In this document: positions 25,851-38,192 of the stretch, piece by piece
Layout of the letters: every line of letters starts with the position of its first letter
How positions within the stretch are numbered: the first letter of the stretch is position 1
Source: Camelus dromedarius
Lineage: Eukaryota
Reading direction: 5' to 3'
NCBI RefSeq assembly: GCF_036321535.1
Contig: NC_087437.1
Coordinates: 4,216,001-4,280,000, forward strand
DNA: 64,000 nucleotides
The notes under the pieces: generated by a model
Told to the model about the DNA's origin: nothing
Seen by the model: the letters and a program-made list of their open reading frames with translations, nothing else
The model's database searches: none
Translations under genes and position numbers: made by a program

Positions 25851-27149
25851 AGTATAAATACTATTATTTATAAGCCTTCTTTGTGCCTGGCAGGCCAAAA
25901 GCAATGGGCCTGGGGTGTGGTTTCAAATGCTCTGGTTCTTCGTACATTGAAACATTGCTTTGCTAATAACTGGGAAAACAATGCATTTACATGAGCTGAA
26001 ATTCTGCCACGCAGGAGGGGACATCTTAGGTTTGCTCGTATTCTTAGAATCTGTCATCCATTTAAGGTCCTGTGACTCTCATAGATATTTCTGGTCTTCC
26101 CTGGAACGGTGAGGGAGGGGTAGAAAGGCTGGTGGTTTTACATCTGTGTTGCCTTGTTTATTTCAAGAGAAAAGAAGTCACAAACAAAGAGACGGGCAGG
26201 AAAGTGGGTTAAGACGGGGAGGGAGGCTGAGAGCCCCCTGTGCCTGGAGTCATGTAACGTCACTGGCTGGTTTGCCTGAAGAATAATCCCCTCCCCACCC
26301 CGGGGATCTCTTTTCTAAAAGCGCTTGACTGATGGTCACAGCTATAAAGCTATTTCAAACCAACAAACACACGGGTTTATCTTTCAAATTCCTAGCAGTT
26401 AGCTCATCTTACTGCTCTCCTGCTTCCGCTGATTAATTTTAATCTTCTTGTGTGGAAAGGAGGGAAGAGTCCCAGAGAATTTCACCAGAAGCCCTGGGAC
26501 ACCTAAGCCGTCCAGCTGCAACCCCCTTCCCATAAGAATTATGACTCAAGATAAACAAAAGTGACAGGAATGAAAACATTCGCCCACCATCCACCCCAGA
26601 GAGAAAAGCAATCAGCAGCAGATTTCGAAGTGGTGGGAAGCTTCCAGGTTTGTAACAGAAAAGGGAGCCGAGCATTTTCAGCGTCCTCTTGGACAAAACT
26701 CAGCATCGAATCCAGGACATTGTACATAACTCTCTTTTTATGAACTCCGCTCCGAGGGCCCGAAAGAGGGGTTTCTAACACGTTACAAATAGCGTCCCTA
26801 ACTTCACTAGTCCACAGAGGGGAAAGCGATCTTTGGCTGTTCCTAAAAAGAAGGGCAAATCTGACATCCCTGTTTGGGGCTTGATCTCATGCAGGATGCT
26901 GTAAAATTACTCTAAGGTCTCGGGGTTGCCACTGGCTTGGCCCCAGTCCCCAGTGTTTTGGTTCATTCCAGAAGAATTTATCTGTGATTTTTCTCTCCTG
27001 TCCTCAGTGTATGAAGAGGAAAAGAGTATGTTTACCTGTTTCTTAATATTCTCATAGGAGTTCAGAGATGCTAAGACACCGGAGGAGGGCTTTTATGTCA
27101 AGGACATTCAAAAGCCTCTGTCAGGTGGCAAGGGAAAGGCAGACCGTGG

Positions 27150-27375
27150 GAGTGGGTCTCAGCCAGGGATGATGTGCCCACCAGCCCATCCTCCACTGCC
27201 CCGACTGATGGGTGGCAATGTCGGCAGGCGTTTTTGGATGTCACAACTGCAGGGAGGGAGTGCTACCGACATTCAGTGAGTAGAGACCAGGGAGGCTGCA
27301 AAACACCCTATCATGCACAGGACAGTTCCCCACAACAAAGAATCATCTGGCCCCCCAAGGACAACAGCGTCCACA
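27150..27375 (+). mobile_element. MER20-like hAT DNA transposon
   Basis: tggcaatgtc...tgtcacaactg...tgcacaggacag...cacaacaaagaatcatctggccc. Confidence 0.75.
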
Positions 27376-27480
27376 TATCAGCCGCGGCCCAGCTGACTCT
27401 GCAGCGACACGCGTTCTGTGTGCCTCTGCGGCATCGTCAGGCCACAAGGAAGGGAGACGAATGTCCACGGGGACACTTAC

Positions 27481-27534
27481 CCTGCTTCCTTGGGAACTGG
27501 GGCTGCCTGGTGTCCCCTTCTGGCCGGTTCTACC
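27481..27534 (-). CDS. COL6A5: Gly-X-Y exon (54 nt)
   Basis: GRTGQKGTPGSPSSQGSR; tttctag / gtaagt. Confidence 0.93.
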
Positions 27535-27970
27535 CTAGAAATACAACCATTCCCCCAAGATGGTAAAGCAAAAGATGCTGAGCGAATGACAAAGCTGTCA
27601 GCAATGCAAACTCAGGCACAGTTAAGGCAGCAGAACAAACGCGTCCTGCCAGAATCTTTCTGCGCATTGACACTCCTGGGTATAAATCCATCACAGAAGG
27701 AAATGAGACAGCAACAGGCACTGCCATGACCAGTTTCCTCACATAATGGTATCACCAGAAACTTCGCAATTTTGCCCACAGAAGTGTCACCAGCTACACA
27801 CATGCCTTATTTTAAGAAAATAAGGCTCTCTTAAACGTGAACTTAGGGGGAGATTATTCAATTATGAAAGTGGTTACATATTTTGTTAAAAAATTAATAT
27901 TAGACTTTAGGACAGCCTCAGCACAGTAACAGAATTAACCAACTCATTTATGTAAAATCGATCCAATTAC

Positions 27971-28036
27971 CTGCCTTCCTTGTTCTCCTTTGGACCCCTT
28001 TTGTCCTTTGATATTATTGTTCTGTCCTGGATTACC
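27971..28036 (-). CDS. COL6A5: Gly-X-Y exon (66 nt) with interruption
   Basis: GNPGQNNNIKGQKGSKGEQGRQ; ccctctag / gtaatt. Confidence 0.93.
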
Positions 28037-28688
28037 CTAGAGGGAGATTTAAAAAGTACTTTAGAATCAAGAAATAGTAGCTTTTTTTTTTTTTTTCAAA
28101 ATGGTATAATAGTCAAAGAAATAAGCTAATTTGGGGTAAATAATGAAGGGTAGGAGAAATTTTTCCATATTGGAAACTCACAGATTTGTTTTTAAAAATG
28201 AAAGCAATATTTCCCCCAGTTTGAAGGAGGCTGAGGGATCAGTGAAGAACTAGAGGAACGCTTGCTGAAGAGACGGCGATTGTCCCTTCTCTGTACTGGA
28301 AGCTTCACTGATGCACTAGTCCAAACATGCTTGTGCCACGCCCTCAAAGGTGTAATAAGATACCCCTGTGAGCGAGTCTAAGAACAGGGGAATGTGCAAG
28401 ATTAGCAGCCCAATAAGCAAAATTTAGGGAAATTTCACCCTCAAAGGAACTTGGAAGTCTCAAGACACAAGGATGAAGAAGATGGAACTTAAGTTCCCTC
28501 CCTGAATTCTTAATATAACCAGCCCAGATCAGATGCAGATTTTTCCCAAACCAATAAGCCTTGGTCGACACCTACCACCCCCCTCCCCAGACAAGCCTCT
28601 TCCTACAGGTTAGCAGGAGACACAAGAGAAAGGAGAGAGGTGTGGAGCAATTAGACATTTCAAAGCCACCGGGGCCCCGGGAACTTAC

Positions 28689-28751
28689 AGGATCCCCTGG
28701 GAAGCCCTTCTCCCCATATCCTCCAGGGGGGCCTCTGGAACCTGGGCTCCC
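28689..28751 (-). CDS. COL6A5: Gly-X-Y exon (63 nt)
   Basis: GSPGSRGPPGGYGEKGFPGDP; tttttcag / gtaagt. Confidence 0.93.
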
Positions 28752-28977
28752 CTGAAAAAAATACAATGAGCTTCTGAGCTGGCTTGTAGGAGGGTGTTAA
28801 AATGTCAGGCGTGGTGGTGTTTGGAGGGAGAAAATCTATCGGACAAGTGATCCACGTTCCTCTGTCCCCAACCAGCTTCCCTTAGACTTCTCAAGCAGTC
28901 CCAAGCCCTGTTTTAAATCTCGGGTCAGGATTACTGGTAACGAGGCTGGGAAGTGGGAAGAGTTCTCCTGGTCTAGC

Positions 28978-29152
28978 AGAGCACTGCCTAGCAGAATTTT
29001 CTGCAGAGATGGAGGTGTCCTAAATCTGCACTGTCCAGTATGGTGGCCACTAGCACTGCCGAGCACGTGAAGTGCAGCAAATACCATGGAAGTGAATTTT
29101 TCAGTTTGAATGTAAAGAGTCCCATATTGCTAGTGGGTATCGGATTGGACAT
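28978..29152. mobile_element. MER3-like hAT element
   Basis: ttctgcagagatggaggtgtcctaaatctgcactgtccagtatggtggccactagc...ttggaca. Confidence 0.6.
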
Positions 29153-29559
29153 CCCAGCCAGTTTAGCAACTTCCGACACCTGTAATGAAACTGCCCACTG
29201 GACACCTCCACTGGCACGTCCCATTGTCACCGCGCACTCAATGGTTCCCAACTAAACTCGCCCAAGCCAGGATCCTTGCAGACATTTTGACTGACTTTGC
29301 ATTTGCTGCTCCTCTGGTCACCTAGCCTTGGAGAGCTTACACTGTGGAGCCAGAACTGGGGTGAGACCAGCCAGGTACCTAGGGTGCAAAATTTAGGCAG
29401 ACACTCACTCCCTGCATAACACTGAGAATGAGTGGGTTTTGCACACCGGGTACTCATGCCAGTCTGGACCCTGTTCCGTCCCTCACGGGTCTTGTGTCTG
29501 TTCGCACTGCCGTTGCTTTACTTGACAGCTTTCCGCCTTGGTTATTACAGACCCACCTC

Positions 29560-30065
29560 TCATCTTTGCTCTCCATCTACGGCACCTCCAACACAGCCTT
29601 CACGCTACTGCCACATAATGTTCCTAAAATGCTAATTCGATAATGATCGCCCTGCTTAAAATCTTCCAAAGGCTCCCCACCATCCAATGAATGAAACCCA
29701 CACTCCCCCTCATTGGCTCCTGAGCCCCCAAGCCTCCGTGCCTTCGCTTATGCTGTTCCCCTGTCTGAACGCCCTTTCTCCATGTCTTGCTAATTCCTTC
29801 AGCTCCAGGACCATTTCCTCCAGGAAGATTTCCTACCCTTCCTCCCCACCCTGTGGGGTTAGGTGCCCTCCTCAGGCCGCCCCTAACATGGCCTCAGCCA
29901 CACTCTGTGTCATCATTAGGTACTGACACATCTGTCTCCCCAGCTACACTGGAGGAGCCGTGGAGACAAGGACAGTGTGGTTCACCTCTGAGTCTTTAGC
30001 ACATAACCCAATGCCTGGCACATGCCAGGCATTCAAAAGTATTTGGTAAATAAGTAAATCAGAAC
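29560..30065. mobile_element. L2 relic
   Basis: cctgcttaaaatcttccaaaggctcccc...tgctgttccctgtctgaacgcccttt...tgcctggcacat..aggcattcaaaagtatttg. Confidence 0.6.
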
Positions 30066-30509
30066 ATAAAATTTGAGCCACTCGGAACCAAGCAGGCACA
30101 TATGAATAAGTGTTGAAATGAACGGAAAATTTAAAAAAAAAGTTTCACTGTGATTTGCGACACCAAAACCACCAAAATAATTTTGTCTCTTTATCTTGCT
30201 TTTTATTTTTTTTTCTAAGGCAATAAAGAGAACACAGAAGCTGCTGACAGTGCATTCATTTTCAGACTTTTGAAAAAACATGTCCGGAGACGATCTTTGC
30301 AAGCCTTGAATCTTTCCAGCTGGAAGTTCTTGAAAATTACAGTTACCCGCTTGCCCTGAACAGAGATGCAGCTTGTATTCAGTGGTAACAGACCTTCACT
30401 CTGTGGTCAAGTCAACTGTCAACTTCACCGCTCTTAACCTCTGACACCCAACAGTGGAGACTATTTCTGACACCAAATTCTCCTTCTTTGATGTATTGAA
30501 AAGTGTTAC

Positions 30510-30563
30510 CTGGGATCCTTGGTCCCCTTTTTCTCCCTTATTGCCGGGAAATCCACGCACGCC
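30510..30563 (-). CDS. COL6A5: Gly-X-Y exon (54 nt)
   Basis: GVRGFPGNKGEKGDQGSQ; ctttcag / gtaaca. Confidence 0.93.
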
Positions 30564-30652
30564 CTGAAAGGAGGCAAAGCAAACAAACTTCCCATTAAAG
30601 AAATACATCAGCCTCCTGACAATTTCATGGTACTGGAAGAAGCATGGTTTAC

Positions 30653-30697
30653 CTCTTCCCCGCTGAGTCCATCAACCCCGTCGTCCCCATGTTCTCC
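30653..30697 (-). CDS. COL6A5: Gly-X-Y exon (45 nt)
   Basis: GEHGDDGVDGLSGEE; cttgcag / gtaaac. Confidence 0.92.
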
Positions 30698-30784
30698 CTG
30701 CAAGACAGCACGGACAGCAGTCAGGTCAGAGGGCTCCCTGACCCCACCAGGAAATGAAACTTGACTGAGAAGAAACTACAGTAC

Positions 30785-30811
30785 CTTATATCCAGAAAAT
30801 CCTCTGGCTCC
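30785..30811 (-). CDS. COL6A5: Gly-X-Y exon (27 nt)
   Basis: GARGFSGYK; ttttacag / gtactg. Confidence 0.9.
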
Positions 30812-31134
30812 CTGTAAAAGAGCAGATATCTCTCAGCGGCACGCCAAAGACAGAACGTGAACTCGTAGCCTGTTGGAGCAGGAAGGGGGCCCCCTCCGTA
30901 AAGAGAGAGACTGTGTATTTCTTTGGTTGCTTTTGGCTGTCCAACCACTTAGAGGCTGTGGGTGGAATTCAGTTAAGGCTCCAAACCTCTTGAGATTACT
31001 AAGAAGTAAAACTTAATCTGCAGAGGAGGAAACTAACATGTAATTGGAGGAAGGGAACGCGGAAGGGGAGATGGAAGAGAACACGGGAGAGGGCAGGGAT
31101 GGAGTGGGGAGGGAATTTAAAATAGAATATTTAC

Positions 31135-31206
31135 CTTTTGACCCTGCTCCCCTGGACATCCTGCGATCCCTGTATTTCCTTGGGGTCCAGTGTCTCCTCG
31201 TGTTCC
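31135..31206 (-). CDS. COL6A5: Gly-X-Y exon (72 nt) with RGD and the helical Cys
   Basis: GTRGDTGPQGNTGIAGCPGEQGQK; ttcttag / gtaaat. Confidence 0.93.
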
Positions 31207-32923
31207 CTAAGAAAAGGTACACAAACAGGTATCCAAAATGACTCCGTTGCCAGAAGCTGCCAGCAGTTTACTTTTAGAGAGTGAAGCCAGAGCAGCCGGG
31301 CACTGAGCTCCGAGCAAATCAAACTGTCCTGCAAACTCATTCATTTATCCCTGTTTTCAAACATCTTCCCAGATCTAGGATCACACAGAGATGCAGGGTG
31401 AGCTCAGTTGTGTCCCTGCCCTCATCAGAAAGCACAGCCAAAGGGTCAGAAGTCACTTTGCAGCCACATTCTAGGCACTCATGGATACAAATGGGTCCTA
31501 ACACTGGCCTGGGAAAGTCAGCATCACTGATGGCAGAGAAGCAGGCTGGTGCCAGGGGACTGGAGCTGAGCAGAGGCAGCTGGTAGGAAGTGATGCTGCC
31601 CCATGCTGGTGATCATGGGAAGGACAGACAACCAGGATGAGGATCCCCAAAGGCAGACCATTCACACAGGGACGAGCGCCCAAGGTCAAAGGCCTGTGCA
31701 GCTCCCATCGGTCCAGCTTCTCCCAGGAAACATTTAAATACAAGTAAATGCCGCAGTGAAATGAGTCTCAAGAGAAGAACCTCAACTGGCTCTTCCCATG
31801 TTGTGACCCTGGTGCCTGGCTCAGATCTCGGCGTACAGAAGATGCTGAGGGTTTGCTGTACAGATAAATATTCGTTTAGCAATGGACTTAGTTCTTTCCT
31901 TCCTGGGGGGTTGAGGGGAGAGGTGATTTTCCTTCCCCTCTGCTTTGCTTTCTTTATTCTGAGAATCATGCTCAGTAGAAGCAGACCTCGCCCGTGGCTA
32001 CAGGATGCTGAGAGGTACCGGCATGTTCCCACCAGCTGGACTCCCAGGCGGCTGAGGGCTCACAGCCAGGCAGTGGGTGGCACTTCCCTGCACTTGCGGC
32101 CTCCCTGGCTGGCTTGGTGGGCTCCACGACCCCTTTGCAGGCTCAGGGTGGGTGACTTAGACACTCTCCTCAGCGGTCATTTTGCCAATTTTGTTCATAG
32201 AGGAATTTATAAGTGTTTATGGACAAGGAAACTGAGGGTCAAGAAGGTACCTGTCGTGTTAAGGGTCCACGTCTAGGTCCACCCTTGACCACCTGACTCC
32301 GGACCTGTGCTTTTAATCATGACTTGCTGTTCGGACAAACAGCAGTTTTGGATGCTGAGGGATGGAGGTACAGGCTGGATGCTTCCTGAACTTTACCCAC
32401 CCCAAATGGAGCCGCCCAAGTGGTTCCAGGTCCTCCAAATCCGTTTCTATAATCTGATTGGTGAACCAAGAGAGAGCCCCAGTTTTAGGGTCAAAGACTG
32501 AGACGCATAAACCTCGTGTGGCACGTGACCATGACACCACGTTTGTGGTGGGGGGTGCTTTGTCGGCTTCTCTTTCCAATACTTAGCACTGGGCTTCAGG
32601 TCCAGGGACAGCCCCTCAAAGACAATCCTGCCACACCCTGCACTGGGGCAGAGAGGAGGGTGCAGCTCCTTGCTACGCACAAAGACGTGCCAGGCAGACT
32701 GCAGGTGAGCCTGCTCCCTCCTTCCCCTCAAAAGTAGGTTTAGCCAATGTCTCATGATTCAGACAAAGAAAAGGAAAACAAAAGAAGAAATGCAACCCAT
32801 TTTCTCTCCCAAATTACAAAAAATATATAAGCAAAACACCACCTCCTCCTTTCGGAAAATAAAGCTTTTTTACAAGAAAGGAAAACTGGTAGGTGTGGTG
32901 GAGAGTGGCTCACAAAAACTTAC

Positions 32924-32977
32924 AAGGTCTCCATCCTCTCCCCTGTGTCCTCTGCTGCCTTTCAGACCCGGAAAGCC
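32924..32977 (-). CDS. COL6A5: Gly-X-Y exon (54 nt)
   Basis: GFPGLKGSRGHRGEDGDL; cccag / gtaagt. Confidence 0.93.
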
Positions 32978-34530
32978 CTGGGAGGAAAGAGAGAAAAGTA
33001 AATCTAAGTCATTTTCCATCAATTCCTACTTGTAAAACGATTAGGCACTCCGGGCTAGTCCCTCCCTCCAACCCGGTTGTGGGTTTTTGCAGGTGTGGCT
33101 GTGAGTCTGGGAAGAGTCAGGCGACCTCTGGGGCTGCCTTTGGTCCTTGCTGTCAGCCCTCTGCCAAGGTGGCCCTCCCAGTGCCTACAGGAGGTTAATC
33201 TTGGAACCACCTTGTAGATTGGGATTCGGGGCCAGCCCTGTGCCTGGGGGTTCGCCTGGAGGGCATCGGCAGGCAAGTGGATGACATTTCCAAAAAGAGA
33301 TCATTTTATCGTCTTCTGCTTTTTTGAGAGCTCAGAAAAGAATAACCCTTCTCCCAACGACGAGGTTCTGTATATTTAAATTGCAGTCGTCTCCCCCTCT
33401 GTGGTTTCACTGCCTCATGGTTGATCTGGGGCAAGGACTTCACCGGAGGCTTGCTCTCCCCACCCTCCAACACAGGCTCTCGCTGCCCGCTCTGCACCCC
33501 AAGGGGCTGTGCTCCTGGGATAGAATTCCATCACCGAGCCATGTAATGAGACAGGGAACTGTGCTAAACAAAGCATCGTAACCCAGCACAGTCCAAGATC
33601 AACTATCCATTCACAAGGATGTACCATGCAGGACTCTGGTGCAAGGATGGTGTTTGAGCTCTTCAAATAAAACAAACCTGCCTCCTTTTAGTTGTGATAG
33701 CTAAGACCCGTTTGAAAGAAGCCCACAAAAGTAAATAAAATATAAAGGGACAGCTTAATTATTATTACGTGGACACCTGTGTAGCCACCGCCCCAGCCAG
33801 GAGGTAGGACATCACTGGTACCACAAACCACTCCCGTTTCCCCCACCCCACTGGGAACACACCCTCGCTTTGATGATACTACTTCCTGGCCTTTTTATTT
33901 AAAAAAACAAAAACAAAAAACAAAAAAAACTTCACTACTTAATTACACATCCCTAGATGCTATAGGTTAGTTCTGCCTGTTTTCAAACTTTTTATAAATG
34001 GAATCATACAGTATGTATTCTTCTGTGTTTTGCTTTTTTAGGGGACTATTATAGGGTTTGTAAAATGTATTTCTGTTGTCATGTGTGGCCATAGTTCATT
34101 CATTTTCATTACCTTAGGGCATTCCATTGAATTAAAATACCATGATAGATTTATCTGCGCTATGGTTGTATAAATGATCTTTCACAATTCGTTCTCTTAA
34201 AGGGCTATCAATCTGCAATGCTATGTTCTTTTTGCAGTTTGATCACGTTCCACTGCTGATGAAGTGTAAATTGTCCCCCTATTTCTGACACGTCTTGTCA
34301 CCTTTCAGGCTGTCTACAGTGGAGCAAATTTACCAAGGATACACTGGAGAAAACGGAGTCATTCTTAACAGTAGCAGCAAAAGTGAACCCTATACCACAG
34401 AAGTCATGAGAATTGCCCAAAATAATTCATCTGCATCAAGTAAAAGCTGCAGATTCAACTACTGAGCCTCAGCTCCGCCAAAACCAAAGCAAAGCCCATT
34501 AGGTACAATGTTGTCACAGCTGAGTGGTAC

Positions 34531-34623
34531 CTTCAAGGCTCGTTGTCCGCGGGGCCCCCGAGGTCCTGGAACCCCCGGACACTTGCAAAATGCACAGCAG
34601 CAAGTCCTCTCTGCAATGTTTCC
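34531..34623 (-). CDS. COL6A5: Cys-rich junction and start of triple helix (93 nt)
   Basis: GNIAERTCCCAFCKCPGVPGPRGPRGQRALK; ttttttcccag / gtacca. Confidence 0.95.
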
Positions 34624-35160
34624 CTGGGAAAAAAGCAAACTCCAGTGAGCAGCAGCAGCAGCAGCGAGGAACTGCATTACATAAGAATCCAATTCACACA
34701 AACGGTAATTCACCACCTACAAGCCCATCCTTTTCCATGGGGGGAGGGGAGGCAGCCAATTCAGTGACTTAACACTGAAGAGAGGGGACCAGGTTAGCAA
34801 CTGCACTGGTGACATAACTTCTCCAAGGACAGGACCTCTATTTATAGAAGGGGCGCTCGCCACACAGATGGCCACAGGCCAGGTGTGCACCAGACTGACT
34901 GGTTCCTGGTTGACAGGCTCTGATTTCTCGGGATTTCTGTAGCATAATCCATTGGGGGCTTTTTGTTTGATTCGGGGTTGGTTGGGTTTTTGAGTTCCCC
35001 GTGCATTCATTTGGCGAGATGACAAAGGATGAAAGGGCTTGGGGGAACCAACGGTGGCGATGCTCTGGTCTTTCACACTTTTTCATGCGCTAAGGACCAT
35101 GTACTGCCTTGAGGGCAGACCAAGTAGTCTCAGGAAATACTTATCAAGATTCCAATTTTG

Positions 35161-35349
35161 GAGGGGGAGGGTAGAACTCAGTGGGAGAGCCCGGGCTTAG
35201 CATGCACAAGGTCCTGGGTTCAATCCCCAGTACCTTCATTAATAAACAAACAAACCTAATTACCTCCGAAAGAAAGAAAGCAAGCATTAAAAAAAAAATT
35301 GACACAACATTGTAAACTGACATGCCTCAATAAAAAAAAAAAAAGCATG
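35161..35349 (+). mobile_element. tRNA-Ala-derived SINE with terminal L1 3' tip
   Basis: Core, tail, then attgacacaacattgtaaactgac...caataaaaa; TSD aagattccaat(t/c)ttg. Confidence 0.85.
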
Positions 35350-35410
35350 AAGATTCCAATCTTGCCTCTGTGGCTCTGTGAATTATGGAGGTTTTTGTTC
35401 AACAACTCAC

Positions 35411-35553
35411 CAGATACTGCGACAACTTTTTGCCCAGTTCTCTCGTGCCAATGGTCAGGGGAGTCCTGTAATCAAATCCTTTTCCAAACTCAAAGCTGGA
35501 AAACTCATCATGGGCAGTCGTGTTTAGGGAGACCACCAGCAGAGCATCAAGTC
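35411..35553 (-). CDS. COL6A5: VWA domain 7 exon, part 3 (143 nt)
   Basis: cactgcctag acceptor, gtgagt donor; GLDALLVVSLNTTAHDEFSSFEFGKGFDYRTPLTIGTRELGKKLSQYL; not in the ORF track. Confidence 0.93.
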
Positions 35554-35577
35554 CTAGGCAGTGAAAACAACAGATAC

Positions 35578-35769
35578 GGGGCGGGGGGGGGGGTAGAGCT
35601 CAGGGGTGGAGCACATGCTTAGCATGCATGAGGTCCTGGGTTCAATCCCCAGCACCTCCATTATAAACAAACAAACCTAATTACTCCCCCAACAACAACA
35701 AAAAAGAGTATGTTCTTCATTTAAAAAAAAACAAAACTTTGTTTTTTAAGGAAAAACAGTACAAAAAAA
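35578..35769 (+). mobile_element. tRNA-Ala-derived SINE with long tail
   Basis: Core plus cctaattactcccc tail; TSD aaaacaacagata / aaaaaaccagata. Confidence 0.88.
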
Positions 35770-37668
35770 AAAAAACCAGATAAAAACCTAAGGAACTGTG
35801 CATGGAAAAGAAGGAAAACCTATCATATTTCCACCCGGTGAGCATTATTCAAAGAATCAAAAAGGGGAAAAAAATAAAAGAAAGAAGTGTTCTTGACATG
35901 CGGAGAACCCAGCAACAGCTCTGCCTGCATTTTCAGCAGACGTCTGGCCCTGGTTCCTGCCTGTGATGTGAAATCTCCCCAGGAAAAGTATTCAAGACAA
36001 ACTACCAATCTTACAAGAAAAACACTAGCAGAAAACTGTGTTTGACACCTCGCCACCAATTTGAATGCAATTCTTGGGCATTTGAAAGCAATTTTTTAAA
36101 AAAGGTATCGTTCATCTTCAGAGTTCTTCTGAATTTTTCTGAATGGAAATTGACGTGAGCTCTCCAGCCGTCTCCACTGCCAGATACCCGGGGAGCCAGG
36201 CTCTGGGGGCTGCAGGCGAGGAAAGGCCAGGGTGATTCCCGTCTCCGCTGAACTCTTGGCCGTGCCCCGGAATTCAGTCATTCACTGATTCACTCCCTCC
36301 CTCACTCACCTATTAATTCATTGACTTGTCCACTTACTGTTTCCCTCTTTCCATGAAACAAGACCTTGCCTACAGGAGCTTGTTATGTAGTAATCACTGT
36401 ACCAGCGATACAAGGTGAAGAAGACGGCCGTCTCCTTCTCTCTGGAGATGTGTGGTCTCACAGGAGAGCAGGCAAGAGGCAGAGAGGTGCTGGGGAGGGC
36501 AGCTCAGGGGGCTACGGAAGTCTGCAGGAGATGCTCCTAACTCAGTTTTGGAAGCTCAGGGAAGGTTTCTGCGAAGAAGTGATGTCTAAGCGGGTCATAA
36601 AGGATGAATGGAAGTCGGCAAGAGAAAGAACCAGAGACGGCAGGTGGGGAGAAGAACTTGCAGGGGAGCTGAGAGTGGGGAGGGTTCTGCACACAGGGAA
36701 AGAGTACGGGCAAGGTCTGGGAGGACGAGGCTGGGAGGACACTGGAGGGAGAGTGGAGAAGGCTCTGATGCTGGGCCACTGAGTGTGAACAGGGAGGGAA
36801 GGCTGGGCTGGGGGGCGGGGCCAGATCCCACAGAGCCCCGCGGGTCAGAAGGGATTCAAGGTTCCAAGCACGGTGGGCAGGTGTCGAGGGGCTTTGAGAA
36901 GGGAGGGTGGCACAGCCCAGCCACCAAGCAGGACATGGGTGGAAACTGGACCCCGAGGCCAGCGAGCCTACACCAAGGAAGCTTCCAGTAACGCGCCCCA
37001 TCTGCCTGCCAGCCGCGCCTCCTGTCTCTGCACACTACTCCCAACCTCTGCATTCAGCTTCCAGCTCAGTCTGAAACTATGACCCGGATGGGGGTGCGGA
37101 GTGACGAGTGCTTTTAAAAGTCCACGTGGCTAACTTTCACACAGAAAATCAGACACAGTGGGAAGTGTCTCAGGTCAGGTTCTCTACAAGCAGAATCTGA
37201 GAGAGGAATCTGGGTGCCTGTGACTTATGGAGGGAGAGACAGAAACAGGAAAGGGAAGGGAAGTTGGGAGCAAGGATGCGTCTCATTAAAGTCTTCACCT
37301 TGGTCTGATTCACGAGGGACCCTGGCGTGTAAATTGTACCAGAGTGGACCCACTAAAGGCACGGGGGGCTTTTGTATCCCTCTGCACTGATTGTTCCCGG
37401 TCCCCTGCCTCCTAGGTGGGACATGGTGTAACCCACCCCTCTCCAAGTGTCAGGTCACACTGGCATCAGTCAAGGGCACACGTCTGTAGACGGTCACAGA
37501 TGTAAGCACGTGGCTGTAGCATCTGCGGCATTTGGGGGATGAGGTGCAGCTGGTCCAGGGCGTTGGGTACCAGTAGCGTTTGCTCCCAGTTCCAGAGCAC
37601 CTGGGAAGGTAGGGAGCTGTCCAGCACCTTTCAAGCTTCGTCACTGCCATTTTCCATTTCAAACATAC

Positions 37669-37750
37669 CTGCTTCTCTGAGCCTGTCCGATTGATCTTCA
37701 AGCACTGCTTTGCTCTCACCCCCAAGACCATCTGAAAAGATGAGTAGCAC
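37669..37750 (-). CDS. COL6A5: VWA domain 7 exon, part 2 (82 nt)
   Basis: ctttctctag acceptor, gtatgt donor; VLLIFSDGLGGESKAVLEDQSDRLREA(G). Confidence 0.93.
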
Positions 37751-37851
37751 CTAGAGAAAGAGCAAACCATAGGAGGAGATGGCATGACAACACAATATAC
37801 CACTGGGAGGAGGAACACGTTGGGGTGGGAGCTAGAAGGTGACACGGGTAC

Positions 37852-38192
37852 CTGTCCTCGGGATGAAGGTGAATCCTTAAACACGTCCCACATGGACTGC
37901 AGGAACTGCACGTTCAGGTGAGTTGGCCCAGAGACGGTTTCTTGCAGGAGGTTTTCCCATATTGTTTTCTGGTAGATTTGGAACTTGGTAGGGAAACTCT
38001 TCTCACTGTTCACCTTAAAGGCCACACTCACCTGCACCTCTGCACCTGCCCCACAGCTCACCCCCCCGATGGAGGAGATGTCCTCTAAAAGGCCTGGGAG
38101 GTAGGATTCCAGCCGGGGGTGGCCGTGGAACAGCGGCTGCCCCAGCAGGTGTGTGGAAATGTCGAAGCCGACCACGACGTCCAGAAAGCAGT
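37852..38192 (-). CDS. COL6A5: VWA domain 7 exon, part 1 (341 nt)
   Basis: tctccag acceptor, gtaccc donor; NCFLDVVVGFDISTH...SSRGQ; phase 1-0. Confidence 0.94.

Noticed and set aside
34624..37668. Apparent missing exon or pseudogenisation in VWA7
   Set aside because: The exon is present and intact at 35411-35553; the ORF track simply does not list it.
37450..37851. ORF-track read-through joining the VWA7 exons
   Set aside because: The 101-nt intron 37751-37851 shifts frame; the spliced frame gives the expected VLLIFSDG.
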